A DNA stretch of 60,770 nt from Pseudomonadota bacterium (GCA_023432995.1 JAEZES010000151.1:1-60770); one strand, 5' to 3'; shown: positions 40,178 through 50,901, counted from the stretch's first letter. Notes: generated by a model from the letters alone, not told the origin. A program made the numbers and translations.

Positions 40178-41320
40178 GTGATTATCGGCATCGACCTGCA
40201 CAATATCCGCGACGGCGGAGGCATAAATTACATCCGCAACCTGCTCGAAGCGAGCGATTCTGCGCTCGACGGGTTCAGCGAGATCCACTTGTTCGGCTCC
40301 GCAACCGTCCTCGCCAACTTTCCCGAGAAGCCGTGGATCCATGCGCACGCGAGGCGCGAGCTCGAGAGGGGTTTGCTCCATCGCTTGCGCTTCGTGGCGT
40401 GGCGCCTGCCCCGGCTCTTGCGCGAGCACGGCTGCGATGTCCTCTACAGCCCGGGCGGAATGGCGTTCGGCAACTTTCGGCCATACGTCACGATCAGTCG
40501 CAACGTCCTGCCCTTCCAGCCCGAGCTGTGGGCTGTCTATCCCCGCTTCAGCAAGGCGCGGCTGAGACTCCAGCTGCTGCGGCGGATCAACACCTGGACG
40601 TTTATCCGCGCCGATTGGATGATCTTCCTGTCGGAGACTGCCAAGCGCGTCATCAGCGCCAGCCTGTCGCGCTCGCTTGAGCGTGTCAGCGTCATTCCGC
40701 ACGGCGTGAACCACGACCGCTTCAAGCCCGTGAAACGGACGCCGGACGCGCCCAGATCCGATCGGCCCATCAGGATCGTCTACCCGAGCCGCCTCGAGCC
40801 GTACAAGCATCAGGTCGAAGTAGTTGCCGCGATGGCGGCCCTCCTGCCCGAATTTTCCCGGCTCGAGCTGCATCTCTGCGGTCCGGCAAGCACGCCCTAT
40901 CGTACGCGGGTCGAGGCCGCGATGGACCGGGTCGATCCGGCCCGCCAGCATATCCGCTACCTCGGCGAGGTGCCGAACGCCGAGCTGCCGGCACTCTATG
41001 CGGAGAGTCACCTCCTGGTATTCGCGTCGTCCTGCGAAAACCTGCCGAACATCATGATCGAGGCGATGGCCTGCGGTATCCCGATGTGCAGCTCGAGCAG
41101 CTCGCCGATGCCCGAGATTGGCAAGGACGCGTGTCTCTACTTCGATCCCACCGATCCCGCCGCGATCGCGGCGAGCATCCGCGAGGCGCTGGCAGACTAT
41201 CCCACTGCCCTGAGCCGTGCAGAGCGAGCCGTCGAATACGCCCAAGCCTACTCATGGGAGCGCACCGCGAGGCAGACCTTCGCGGTCATCACCGAGGCCG
41301 CCAGTCCGGCCAGCCGGTGA
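40178..41320 (+). CDS. Glycosyltransferase family 4
   Basis: GGGINY, IPHGV, YKHQ, ENLPNIMIEAMACG, YSWE. Confidence 0.9.
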   Translation: MIIGIDLHNIRDGGGINYIRNLLEASDSALDGFSEIHLFGSATVLANFPEKPWIHAHARRELERGLLHRLRFVAWRLPRLLREHGCDVLYSPGGMAFGNFRPYVTISRNVLPFQPELWAVYPRFSKARLRLQLLRRINTWTFIRADWMIFLSETAKRVISASLSRSLERVSVIPHGVNHDRFKPVKRTPDAPRSDRPIRIVYPSRLEPYKHQVEVVAAMAALLPEFSRLELHLCGPASTPYRTRVEAAMDRVDPARQHIRYLGEVPNAELPALYAESHLLVFASSCENLPNIMIEAMACGIPMCSSSSSPMPEIGKDACLYFDPTDPAAIAASIREALADYPTALSRAERAVEYAQAYSWERTARQTFAVITEAASPASR

Positions 41321-41370
41321 GGTCTTGCCCGCTTGGCCAGGGAGCGCAAGCGGGAGCACCCGCCGCCTGA

Positions 41371-42306
41371 TCAGCGGGCGACGTTCTCGAGAAACCAGCG
41401 GTACGTGTCGGCTATCCCGGCACGCAAGCTGATCTGCGGCGACCAGCCAAGACCACGCAGCCTGTCGGCTGCCATCAACTTCCGCGGAGTGCCGTCGGGC
41501 TTGCTCTCGTCGCGGTGGATCGTACCGGTGAAGCCGATCACGTCGCAGACGATCTCGGCCAGTTCGAGGATTGGCAGGTCCTCGCCGGACCCGACATTTA
41601 CGTGGCCCGCGTCCGAGTAGTGCTGCATCAGGAAGACGCACGCGTCCGCGCAATCGTCGGCATGCAGGAACTCGCGGCGCGGCGAGCCCGACCCCCAGAT
41701 GGTAACGCTGTCGGCGCCAGCGAGTTTCGCTTCGTGTGCCTTGCGGATGAGAGCCGGAAGCACGTGGCTCGACTGCAGATCGAAGTTGTCTCCCGGCCCA
41801 TAGAGGTTCGTGGGCATCGCGGAGATGAAATCGGCTCCATGCTGCTGCCGGTAGGCCTCGCAGAGCTTGATGCCGGCGATCTTGGCCACCGCATACCATT
41901 GATTGGTTGGCTCCAGCGGCCCGGTCAGCAGCGCCTCTTCGCGGATCGGCTGTTCGGCGAACTTCGGATAGATGCAGCTCGAGCCGAGGAACAGGAGCTT
42001 TCCGACGCCTGAGCGGTAGGCGGCCTCGATCAGGTTGGCCTCGATCATCAGGTTTTCATAGATGAAGTCGGCGGGATAGGTAGCATTGGCCAGGATGCCA
42101 CCGACCTTGGCCGCGGCGAGGAAGATCGCATCGGGGCGGTTCGCGTCGACCCACGCGCGCACAGCGGCCTGGTCGCGCAGGTCGACTTCGCTGCGCGTCG
42201 CCGTGACGATTGTGCACCCTTCCCGCTGCAGTCGCCGCACGATGGCGCTGCCCACCAGCCCGCGATGGCCGGCGACGAAGACACGCTTGTCCTGCAGATC
42301 GAACAT
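41371..42306 (-). CDS. fcl: GDP-L-fucose synthase
   Basis: [46 protein letters not shown]. Confidence 0.95.
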   Translation of the reverse strand: MFDLQDKRVFVAGHRGLVGSAIVRRLQREGCTIVTATRSEVDLRDQAAVRAWVDANRPDAIFLAAAKVGGILANATYPADFIYENLMIEANLIEAAYRSGVGKLLFLGSSCIYPKFAEQPIREEALLTGPLEPTNQWYAVAKIAGIKLCEAYRQQHGADFISAMPTNLYGPGDNFDLQSSHVLPALIRKAHEAKLAGADSVTIWGSGSPRREFLHADDCADACVFLMQHYSDAGHVNVGSGEDLPILELAEIVCDVIGFTGTIHRDESKPDGTPRKLMAADRLRGLGWSPQISLRAGIADTYRWFLENVAR

Positions 42307-42312
42307 GGCGGT

Positions 42313-43290
42313 CTATAGTAACTCGTTGGTGTCGTCGGGACGCGGATGCTCGACATACCACTGCGCCGTCCGTCGCACCCCTTCAGCCAGGCTGACCTGG
42401 GGTTCGTAGCCGAGGCGGCGCATCTTGCCGATGTCCGGACAACGGCGCGGCGTCCCGCCTTCCGCAAGCGGGCCGGCCACGAACTTGACGTCCTCGCTCA
42501 TGGTCGTCGCGATCAGGGCGGCGAGATCGCTGATCGCCGTCTCCTCCTGCGTTCCAATGTGGTAGACATTCATCGTCTCGCCCTTGTCCCACATCAGCAG
42601 GATGCCGGCCACCACGTCATCCACGTGACAGAATGCCCGGGTCTCGCTGCCGTCGCCCTGGAGCCGGACTTCGCCCGTTCCCGACGACGCGGCATGCTGA
42701 ACCTTCGCGATCAACTGAGGGATGACGTGCTTCCAGCCCATGTCCGAACCGTAGACGTTGTGCGGCCGGAAGACCTGCACCTTGGCCAGCTTGTCACGGC
42801 AGTAGTTGAACGCGATCAGTTCGGAGATCAGCTTGGATCCGCCATACGAGAAGCGCGGATTGAGCGAATCGGGAATGACCATCTCGATCTCTTCAGGCGT
42901 CGGGACGATGCGGGGCGTCTGGTAGACCTCGGCCGAGGAGGCCACGACGAGGTCTGGAACGCCGATTTCGACGCACGCTTCACACACGGCCAGTGCGCCG
43001 CGAACCCCGACGTCGAGCACCAGTTCGGGCCGCTTGTAGAAGTTTTCGGTGCCATTCACCGCGGCCAGGTGGAACATCGCGTCGACCCCTTTGAGGGCGC
43101 CGACGAGCCCGTCGCGATCGCGCACGTCGAGCTCGACCAGTTCGAAGTCGCCATCCAGGCCGTCCAGGCGCGACGCACGACCTCGAAGGAAATTGTCGAT
43201 CGCGAGAACGCGGTGCCCGCGGGCCAGCAGTTCACGCGTCAGGTATGCGCCAATGAATCCTCCGGCACCGGTAACCGCAACAGTTGCCAT
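42313..43290 (-). CDS. NAD-dependent epimerase/dehydratase
   Basis: GAGGFIG, ASSAEVY, YGGSK, RPHNVYG; coupled to the upstream dehydrogenase. Confidence 0.88.
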   Translation of the reverse strand: MATVAVTGAGGFIGAYLTRELLARGHRVLAIDNFLRGRASRLDGLDGDFELVELDVRDRDGLVGALKGVDAMFHLAAVNGTENFYKRPELVLDVGVRGALAVCEACVEIGVPDLVVASSAEVYQTPRIVPTPEEIEMVIPDSLNPRFSYGGSKLISELIAFNYCRDKLAKVQVFRPHNVYGSDMGWKHVIPQLIAKVQHAASSGTGEVRLQGDGSETRAFCHVDDVVAGILLMWDKGETMNVYHIGTQEETAISDLAALIATTMSEDVKFVAGPLAEGGTPRRCPDIGKMRRLGYEPQVSLAEGVRRTAQWYVEHPRPDDTNELL

Positions 43291-44630
43291 CAGAATTTTC
43301 CTACGAGATTGCCGACCGTGAAATAGTGTCCGTCTAGATCCTCGGGCGGCAGCTCGCCGAGATTGTTCCAGTAATCGTAGATGAAGCCGTGCGGGTTCAG
43401 GCACTTCCGCACTCGCTCGAAGTCGATCAACCCGAAAAACGGATGGTTGTTGGTGATGATCGCGACGTCCGCGCCCTCGCAGGCTTTGTAGAAATCCTCG
43501 CAAACTCGCAAGTTGTGCGGGAGCGCCTCGAGCTGTTCGCGGCTGGTTACCTTGTCGAACGCACGCAGTTCGGAAAAGACTCCGGTTCGCTCCAGTTCCT
43601 CGATGACCCGCAAGGCCATCGATCCTCGCAGGTCATCGGTCTCGGGCTGGCCCTTGAAGGCCAGGCCGGCGACCGCCGCCGTGTAGGGACCGTCCTTGCG
43701 CTCCTTCAGCTTTCCGCAGATCGCCGCGATTGTTTCCGCTGGCTGTCGCTCATTCACCTTGCGCGACGCAGCGGTGATCTCGAGTTCCACGCCCCGGGGT
43801 GCCACCGAGGCGATCAGGATGTGCGGGTCCTTCGCCAGGCACGGGCCGCCAACCAGCCCCGGCAGCGCCACGTTGGTCCGCGCGTATCCGAGCTTGCCGT
43901 AGCGAATGACGTCCTGGCCATTGATTCCCATCGCGTCACACGCCCGGGCGACTTCATTGGCGAAGGCGAAGCGGACGTCGCGCGATGTGTTGTCCACCAG
44001 CTTTATCATCTCCGCCGTCTCGGGATCCGCGACCCGGACGGTGGTGTTGGTCAGCCGGCTGAAGAGCGCGGCCGAGCGGTCCGCCGCGATAGCCGACAGT
44101 CCGCCGATGATCTGCGGAAGCGTCGCCAGCTCCCTTAGTGCATCCCCTTCGAGGGTCCGCTCGGGGCACATCGCGAGATGATAGCTCTTGCCGCTTCGAT
44201 CGAGCACCGGCTTGACGATGTCGCGTGTCGTGCCGATCCGCACGGTCGAGCGCAGGATCACCGTGGCATCGTCCTCGAAATGCTCGGCCACCTGGCGGCT
44301 GGCTTCTTCGATCATGTCGAGACGAGGTTCGAACGTTCCGGGACGCAGCGGCGTCCCGACAGTGATGATGTAATAATCCGCTCGGGGAACGTTTTCGGTG
44401 GTTTCGCTGGCGACCAGCAGCCTGGATTTGACCACCTGGGCAAGGGCCGCCTCGAGTCCGACCTCGGAGAAATGCGGAATGCCTCGATTGGTCATCTCGA
44501 CGATCTCGGGACGCCGTTCCACTCCGAAAACCCTGATACCGCGGCGGGCCAGCGCGACGCCGAGCGTAAGCCCCACATAGCCTAGGCCGATTACTGCAAC
44601 CGTGGTCAACTCGTCGGACTTCACGCGCAT
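43290..44630 (-). CDS. Nucleotide-sugar 6-dehydrogenase (WecC-like)
   Basis: GLGYVG, RSTV, CPER, GLVGGPCL, AFKG..TDDLR; start ATG 44630 or GTG 44624. Confidence 0.88.
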   Translation of the reverse strand: MRVKSDELTTVAVIGLGYVGLTLGVALARRGIRVFGVERRPEIVEMTNRGIPHFSEVGLEAALAQVVKSRLLVASETTENVPRADYYIITVGTPLRPGTFEPRLDMIEEASRQVAEHFEDDATVILRSTVRIGTTRDIVKPVLDRSGKSYHLAMCPERTLEGDALRELATLPQIIGGLSAIAADRSAALFSRLTNTTVRVADPETAEMIKLVDNTSRDVRFAFANEVARACDAMGINGQDVIRYGKLGYARTNVALPGLVGGPCLAKDPHILIASVAPRGVELEITAASRKVNERQPAETIAAICGKLKERKDGPYTAAVAGLAFKGQPETDDLRGSMALRVIEELERTGVFSELRAFDKVTSREQLEALPHNLRVCEDFYKACEGADVAIITNNHPFFGLIDFERVRKCLNPHGFIYDYWNNLGELPPEDLDGHYFTVGNLVGKF

Positions 44631-44818
44631 TCCCCTGGACTGCCATTGAACGGCGCCTCGCCTTTGGGCTTGCTGGACTGCACGAATTGCGTCGGTGCAG
44701 TCTGCGTCCCGCCGGCGAGCCTGCCGCCAATCGCTCATGTAGATTGCAGACCGTCAGGCCTGCCGCACGTGCGTCTAGGCAATGGGCCTGACGCCCGCAA
44801 GTCCGTCACAATCCTTCC

Positions 44819-46057
44819 CTAGAGCTCCTGCGGCTGGCCCAGAAGTTGCCGATATTGCTGAAGGATATGCGGCAGCGCGTAACGCTGCTCGACGCCGCGC
44901 CGCCCGGCTGCCCCGCGCGCGGCGAGGTTCGCCCGCCCTTCGACCGAGGCGAGCGAACGGATCAGCGCTGCGAGCCCTTCCGGCGTGCGGTCGTGAAGGA
45001 CCCAGCCTGCGCCGAGGTCCGCCACCGTCCGTGCGAGTTCCGAGCGTTCGTCGGCCGCAGCGATGATCGGAACCCCGGCGGCCATCACGTTGTACATCCG
45101 GCTCGGCACCGAAATTCCGTACATCCCGTCGATAAACGAGATGATCGTCACATTGCTCGCGGCGAGCATTTGCGCGAGCTTCTCGCGCGGCTGGCGCGGC
45201 AGGAAACGGACGTTGCCGTCCGCGTCGGCCAGCAATCCCGCCTTGCCGCCATATCCGACGAACAGGAACACGATGTCGTCGCGATCCCGCAACAGCCGGG
45301 CAGTGTCGAGGACCAGTTCGACATCGTGTGTCCTCCCGATATTGCCGGAGAATTGCACGACGAATTTTTCGGCCAGGCCGTGTTCTTGCCGAAAGGCGTT
45401 GTCGGCGAAGGCTATCGGCCGAATCTCGTCCACGTCTCCCCAATTTGGGATCAGGTGGATACGGCGGTGGGCGTCGTCGATCTTGGCTCGAACGACTTCG
45501 GCCATATCGCGACCCAGCACCACGACATCGCCGAACAGGCGGAAAGACCATCGGAAGAAGCGGGCGAGGATGCGATACGACAGTCTTGTCGGTCGCAGCA
45601 TGCCGGTTGCCCCCAGCACTTCCGGGTACAGATCGTGCACCAGCAGGGTCGCCGGGCACCCGCGCCACCTGGCAACAAGGCCGATCATCGCCGGCACGAT
45701 CGGCGGGTTGGTTACAACCAGGACCCGATCTCCGCGCCGGAAGTTCACCAGCGCGTGGACGAACATCGCGGTCGTCACCGTGATCGCGTTCAGCGCTCGG
45801 CCTGCCAGGCGGTCCTTGTCGAAGTGCGTGCCGCTCATCCGGCGAATGTGCGCGCCGTTGCGGGTCTCTCGCGCGGGTGCCTTGATGCCTCGCTCGGAAT
45901 AGGTGGGTTGCCCGCAAATCACCTGGACGTCGAAGTCAGCGGCGAGGCCTTCGGCGATTCGCGTCAGGAAATAACCAGTCGAGGTCTGCTCGGGATAGTA
46001 GAGCTCCGAGATAGCCCAAAGCCTGCATCGCGCTTCGCCCACGTCATGCCCTATCAA
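44819..46057 (-). CDS. Glycosyltransferase family 4 (WbuB/WcaI-like)
   Basis: SELYYPE, TNPP, HDLYPE, IPNW, SGNIG, SVPSRMY. Confidence 0.88.
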   Translation of the reverse strand: MIGHDVGEARCRLWAISELYYPEQTSTGYFLTRIAEGLAADFDVQVICGQPTYSERGIKAPARETRNGAHIRRMSGTHFDKDRLAGRALNAITVTTAMFVHALVNFRRGDRVLVVTNPPIVPAMIGLVARWRGCPATLLVHDLYPEVLGATGMLRPTRLSYRILARFFRWSFRLFGDVVVLGRDMAEVVRAKIDDAHRRIHLIPNWGDVDEIRPIAFADNAFRQEHGLAEKFVVQFSGNIGRTHDVELVLDTARLLRDRDDIVFLFVGYGGKAGLLADADGNVRFLPRQPREKLAQMLAASNVTIISFIDGMYGISVPSRMYNVMAAGVPIIAAADERSELARTVADLGAGWVLHDRTPEGLAALIRSLASVEGRANLAARGAAGRRGVEQRYALPHILQQYRQLLGQPQEL

Positions 46058-46413
46058 GTTGCCTCGCCGACCGTCGTGGCCGAGATCGATCCGCGAGAAG
46101 CCTGGCTACGCTGCAGTTCGATCGCGAGCGCCTCGCCGGTTGCATCGTCTCGGTAGCTTCCCCTTCCAAAGACGCGGCGCGCCATACTCAGCCTAGAAAG
46201 ACGGCGCAATGGCAGGAGTCCGGTTCGCTCGCGCCGATGCTTCCCGTTGTGAAAGCTCGCAAACCTGCTCTATGGCGCTCGCGCGACGACTCACACGCAG
46301 GGACATGGTTGGGTACGCGCTGACGATCCTCGGCAAGCGCGAGGAGCGCCGCTGCGACCGCGCGGTCCTGTCGGTCGTTGCGAACGAGGCGGCGGGACTC
46401 AAGGCAAGCAGAC

Positions 46414-47298
46414 ATGGCGACGATCGGCACGAAGAAGACACTTGGCTGGTACCTGTCGCAGCAGGCCAAGGCCTGGATCGGTTTCCATGCCGAGTTGGCG
46501 AGCGGCGTGCTGTACCGGATCATGATTCGCCTGAACGGACGTTCGTTCTGCCGTTTGTACAACCTCAAAGCCTGGCTCTCGGGCGCCGACGTGCGCGCCC
46601 AATTCGACGCGGGCTCGGGCCGCAGCTTTGTCCGCTCGCCAGCCTATCGAGTGGAAACGTATCCCCAGCGGCGCGCGACGATCTATTCGAAGGGTGTCGA
46701 GGCGCGGGCGAAGAAGCTGGGCGCGGACTACCTGCTGCCGCTCGTGCACTTTGCCGACGGCGACGTGGTCATCGATTGCGGCGCCAACGTCGGCGACCTC
46801 AAGCTCTATTTCCGCGATCTTGGCGTCGCTGTCGAATATGTCGGGATCGAGCCCGGCCCGGGCGAATTCGCGGTCCTGCAGCGCAACGTTCAGCCCTCGA
46901 AGGTGCACAACGTCGGTCTTTGGAACGAAGACGGCGAGCTCACCTTCTACGTTTCGTCCGGCGGGGCCGATTCCTCGCTGATCGAGCCGCCCGCCTATGA
47001 CAGCGTCACGCGGGTCCCGACGCGGCGCCTCGACACCCTGGTCGATTATCCCCGGATCAAGCTGCTGAAGATCGAGGCGGAAGGGGCCGAACCGGAAGCG
47101 CTGGAGGGTGCAACGGGCCTGCTCGATCGGATCGAATACATCACGGCCGACGTCGGCGGTGAACGCGGCATCGAGCAGGAAAGCACGCTCGCCCCGGTGA
47201 CGAATTTCCTGCTCGGCAGGGGTTTCGAATTCGTCGCGCTCAACCCGGCGCGGCTCTCCGCGCTTTACCGGAACACCCGGTTCGCGAACGACCGCTGA
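46414..47298 (+). CDS. FkbM family methyltransferase
   Basis: VIDCGANVG, IEP, TRRLD, LLKIEAEGAE. Confidence 0.88.
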   Translation: MATIGTKKTLGWYLSQQAKAWIGFHAELASGVLYRIMIRLNGRSFCRLYNLKAWLSGADVRAQFDAGSGRSFVRSPAYRVETYPQRRATIYSKGVEARAKKLGADYLLPLVHFADGDVVIDCGANVGDLKLYFRDLGVAVEYVGIEPGPGEFAVLQRNVQPSKVHNVGLWNEDGELTFYVSSGGADSSLIEPPAYDSVTRVPTRRLDTLVDYPRIKLLKIEAEGAEPEALEGATGLLDRIEYITADVGGERGIEQESTLAPVTNFLLGRGFEFVALNPARLSALYRNTRFANDR

Positions 47299-47313
47299 GG
47301 TTCGGGGTAAGCG

Positions 47314-48195
47314 CTAGGCCGCAGCGAATGCGCGAACGAGCACCTGCCGCAGCGTTTCGCCCACGCGTAGCCCGGCGGCGTAGTTCGCTTCGGGCGTGAG
47401 CTGCATCGGCTCGAACAGGCTTCGCCCCAGTTCCGGTGCCGCGCGAGCGAGTAGCGCCTGCGCCATCCGGGGTACGGGCACGCCGCGAAGCGTGCGCCCG
47501 GCAGCACGGGCCGCCTCGATCATCAGGGCATAGGTAAACGGCTCCGGATCGGCCGCATTGACCGGCGCCGCTACCGGTTGACTAACCAGGCAGGCAACCA
47601 CGTCGGCCAGTCCGGCATAGGTCAGCATGGAACGCGGCGCGGGGCGCTTCGTCAGCGGCACGAGACCGGTCAGCTTCGCGAGCGAGACGAGCCGCGCCAG
47701 CTTGTCCGTTCCGTCTCCGACGAGGATCGGCGTGCGCAATACGCTCACCGCGAGGTCGGACGGGGCCATCGCCGCCAGCGCGCGTTCGGCATGAAGCTTG
47801 GACAGACCATAAGCGCTGATCGGATTGAGCAGCGTGTCCGCTCGCACTTCGCTTGCCGGACCGTACACGGAAAAACTCGAGATCTGGATGAAGTGGCTCG
47901 CGCCCTCCGAGCGGCCCGCTTCGGCCCAGCGAAGCGGCACCTCTCCATTGACCCGTTCGAGGTGCTCGGGGGTGCCGTGGGCGACGCCGACACAGTTGAC
48001 GATTGTGGCACCCGACAGTGGCAATCCGGGTGGAACTTCGCGGTAGTCCTCCACCTGAACCTGACCCGGCTCGCGAACCGTACGGACCACCGGCACCACC
48101 TGATGGCCGGCCAGCGCTCGCGCAATCCAGCGGCCGGCGCGGCTGCTGCCTCCGACGAGGATGACGGTCTTTCGCGCGCCGCTTGGCAATGGCAT
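47314..48195 (-). CDS. NAD-dependent 4-reductase/epimerase (WbpV/WbpK/WreQ-like)
   Basis: NCVGVAH, QISSFSVYG, YGLSK, RSM; divergent from the PGT-dehydratase pair. Confidence 0.72.
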   Translation of the reverse strand: MPLPSGARKTVILVGGSSRAGRWIARALAGHQVVPVVRTVREPGQVQVEDYREVPPGLPLSGATIVNCVGVAHGTPEHLERVNGEVPLRWAEAGRSEGASHFIQISSFSVYGPASEVRADTLLNPISAYGLSKLHAERALAAMAPSDLAVSVLRTPILVGDGTDKLARLVSLAKLTGLVPLTKRPAPRSMLTYAGLADVVACLVSQPVAAPVNAADPEPFTYALMIEAARAAGRTLRGVPVPRMAQALLARAAPELGRSLFEPMQLTPEANYAAGLRVGETLRQVLVRAFAAA

Positions 48196-48305
48196 TTCCT
48201 CCCTTCGCGAAGCACCTTAGTGAAATCAAGTATATGCCCGCCCTGCGCTTGCATCGCCGGTCCCGCACGGCTAGTCGGGACGCCGTTGCCCGCTACTTGG
48301 CTGAC

Positions 48306-48890
48306 ATGATTGCCCCCTCACCTTTGAAACGTGTCATGGACCTGGCTTTCGCTGTCCCGCTAGCAATCGTCGCGCTGCCGATTTGCCTGGCCCTGATGGT
48401 GCTTATACGGCTTGAATCGCCCGGTGCGCCGCTGTTTGTCCAGGAACGCGTTGGGCGCGGCAAGAAGCCCTTCAAGATTTACAAGCTGCGGACCATGGTC
48501 GAAGGAACTCCGGACATCGCTTCGCACCACGCGAACTCGGTCAGCATCACGCTGCTGGGCCGAGCCCTCCGGCGCCTGAAGCTCGACGAGTTGCCGCAAC
48601 TGCTCAACGTCATCGCCGGGTCGATGAGCCTGATCGGTCCGCGTCCGTGCCTCTATAGCCAGACCGAGCTCATAGCCGAGCGCGACAAGCGCAATCTCTA
48701 CGCGTTGCGACCGGGCGTGACCGGGCCCGGTCAGCTGCGGGGCATCGACATGTCGACGCCAGCCCTGCTCGCCGAAATCGAAGCGCAGTATTTCGCCAGT
48801 CACAGCGTTGTTCGCGACCTGGACTTGCTTTTCCGGACCGTGTTGGGAGGCGGAACGGGTGACGCGGTCAAGGTTGACGGCCGCGCCTGA
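48306..48890 (+). CDS. Small monotopic sugar phosphotransferase (Bac_transf; PglC/WreU-like)
   Basis: KRVMD, QERVG, KLRTM, KLDELPQL, MSLIGPRP, RPGVTG. Confidence 0.92.
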   Translation: MIAPSPLKRVMDLAFAVPLAIVALPICLALMVLIRLESPGAPLFVQERVGRGKKPFKIYKLRTMVEGTPDIASHHANSVSITLLGRALRRLKLDELPQLLNVIAGSMSLIGPRPCLYSQTELIAERDKRNLYALRPGVTGPGQLRGIDMSTPALLAEIEAQYFASHSVVRDLDLLFRTVLGGGTGDAVKVDGRA

Positions 48891-48935
48891 GCGCCCGGCA
48901 GCACGAGCCCGATCGGAGTTGGCGGCAGTGAGAGA

Positions 48936-50894
48936 ATGACCTTCAATTCGATTACCGAAGGCGCCCTGCGGCTGCCGCGGTCTGCCAAGCGGCTGATCGC
49001 CCTGTCGCTGGATGCTGCGATCTGCGTCTTTTCCGTCTGGTTCGCGTTCTACCTTCGCCTCGGATACTGGCCGCATGCCCGTGATGTCGCGCATCCGGTC
49101 TTTGCCTCGATCGCCATCGCCCTGCCGATCTTCGTCAGTTTCGGCCTGTACCGGGCGATCTTCCGTTACGCCGGGTGGGAAGCCCTGGTGACGATCGCGC
49201 GCGCCGTCGCGCTGTACTCGCTGCCATTTGCCGGCATCTACACCCTGATCGGCATCAGCGGCGTTCCGCGCACCGTCGGACTGATCCAGCCGATCCTGCT
49301 GCTCCTCCTGATCGGCTCGTCGCGCACGTTCGCCCGGGTTGTCTTCGAAGAGAGCTACACCGCGCTGTGGCGGACGCAGGAAAAGCCGCGCGTGCTGATC
49401 TACGGCGCCGGCACTGCCGGCCGAGCGCTGGCCGGAGCGATCGCCGCTTCGCGGGACATGCAACTGGTCGGCTTCATCGACGACGATCCGGCCCTGTGGA
49501 ACTCGATCATGCGGGGCGTCCCGGTCATTTCGCCGGCCGACATCGAGCAGCAGGTCGCCCGGCGCGAGATTTCCGACATCCTGCTTGCGATGCCTTCGGC
49601 GTCCCGTACGAGGCGAACCGAGATCGTCCATCAGCTCAAGGATTTAAACCTGCATGTTCGGACACTTCCGAACGTACTGGAGATCGCCAGCGGCAAGGTC
49701 TCGGTGAGCGATCTGAAGGATCTCGAGATCGAGGATCTGCTCGGCCGCGAACCCGTGCCGCCGCGCCTGGACCTGCTGCGCAAGAATATCGAAGGCAAGG
49801 TGGTGATGGTGACCGGCGCCGGCGGATCGATCGGCAGCGAGCTGTGCCGCCAGATCGTCACCGCCAACGCCGTCGCGCTGCTGCTCGTCGAGCAGAGCGA
49901 ATTCAACCTCTACACGATCCACCAAGAGCTTTCGCGAATTGCCGCCGCGCAGCTGACCAGCCCCGTGCTGATTCCGCTGCTGGCTTCGGTCGCCGACGAG
50001 CGGCGCATGCGCGAGATCCTGTCCACCTGGACTCCGCGGACGGTGCTGCACGCCGCCGCTTACAAGCATGTTCCGCTCGTCGAGCACAACGCGCTCGAAG
50101 GCATTCGCAACAACGTGTTCGGCACCTACACGACGGCGAAGCTCGCCCAGGCGTACGGGGTCGAGAACTTCGTGCTGATCAGCACCGACAAGGCGGTCCG
50201 GCCGACCAACATCATGGGCACGACCAAGCGCCTGGCGGAAATGGTCCTACAGGCGCTTCAGGCACAGGGCAGCACGACCTGCTATTCGATGGTCCGGTTC
50301 GGCAACGTGCTCGGCTCGAGCGGCTCGGTCGTTCCACTGTTCCGAGCCCAGATCGCCGCGGGCGGACCGGTCACGCTCACGCATACCGACATCACGCGCT
50401 ACTTCATGACCATTCCCGAAGCCGCGGAGCTGGTGCTGCAAGCCGGTGCCATGGCCGTCGGCGGCGACGTGTTCGTGCTCGACATGGGCGAGCCGGTGCG
50501 CATCCTCGACCTCGCGCGCAATATGATCGAGCTGTCCGGACAAAGCGTCCGCGACGACGCCAATCCCGACGGCGATATCGAGATCCGCATTACCGGCCTG
50601 CGTCCCGGTGAAAAGCTGCACGAAGAACTCCTGATCGGCGAAAATCCGTCCCCGTCCGGGCATCCCCGGGTCAAGCGCGCTCAAGAGCACTTCCTCCCCT
50701 GGAGCCGGCTGGAACCGCTGCTCGAGACGCTGTCCGAGGCAGTCGAGAACGGCGATGCCGCCACCGCGCGCGAAATCCTTCGCGAGATCGTTCCCGAGTT
50801 CAAGCCGGTGTCGGGCGTGGTAGACTTCGTGCACCAGCGCCGCCAAAACGGCACTGTCGAGGCCCCGTCCCTGCACTCCGCGCAAACGGAATAG
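48936..50894 (+). CDS. Membrane-anchored UDP-GlcNAc 4,6-dehydratase (CapD/WbpM/PglF family)
   Basis: Four TMs, GAGGSIGSE, HAAAYKHVP, STDKAV, RFGNVLGS, GLRPGEKL. Confidence 0.95.
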   Translation: MTFNSITEGALRLPRSAKRLIALSLDAAICVFSVWFAFYLRLGYWPHARDVAHPVFASIAIALPIFVSFGLYRAIFRYAGWEALVTIARAVALYSLPFAGIYTLIGISGVPRTVGLIQPILLLLLIGSSRTFARVVFEESYTALWRTQEKPRVLIYGAGTAGRALAGAIAASRDMQLVGFIDDDPALWNSIMRGVPVISPADIEQQVARREISDILLAMPSASRTRRTEIVHQLKDLNLHVRTLPNVLEIASGKVSVSDLKDLEIEDLLGREPVPPRLDLLRKNIEGKVVMVTGAGGSIGSELCRQIVTANAVALLLVEQSEFNLYTIHQELSRIAAAQLTSPVLIPLLASVADERRMREILSTWTPRTVLHAAAYKHVPLVEHNALEGIRNNVFGTYTTAKLAQAYGVENFVLISTDKAVRPTNIMGTTKRLAEMVLQALQAQGSTTCYSMVRFGNVLGSSGSVVPLFRAQIAAGGPVTLTHTDITRYFMTIPEAAELVLQAGAMAVGGDVFVLDMGEPVRILDLARNMIELSGQSVRDDANPDGDIEIRITGLRPGEKLHEELLIGENPSPSGHPRVKRAQEHFLPWSRLEPLLETLSEAVENGDAATAREILREIVPEFKPVSGVVDFVHQRRQNGTVEAPSLHSAQTE

Positions 50895-50901
50895 GGCCAG
50901 T

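Noticed and set aside
44676..44702. GACTGCAC/GTGCAGTC hairpin (and GC hairpins near 37690-37735 and 51955-51990) as terminators or riboswitches
   Set aside because: No U-tract or recognisable aptamer; such stems are expected by chance at this GC content.
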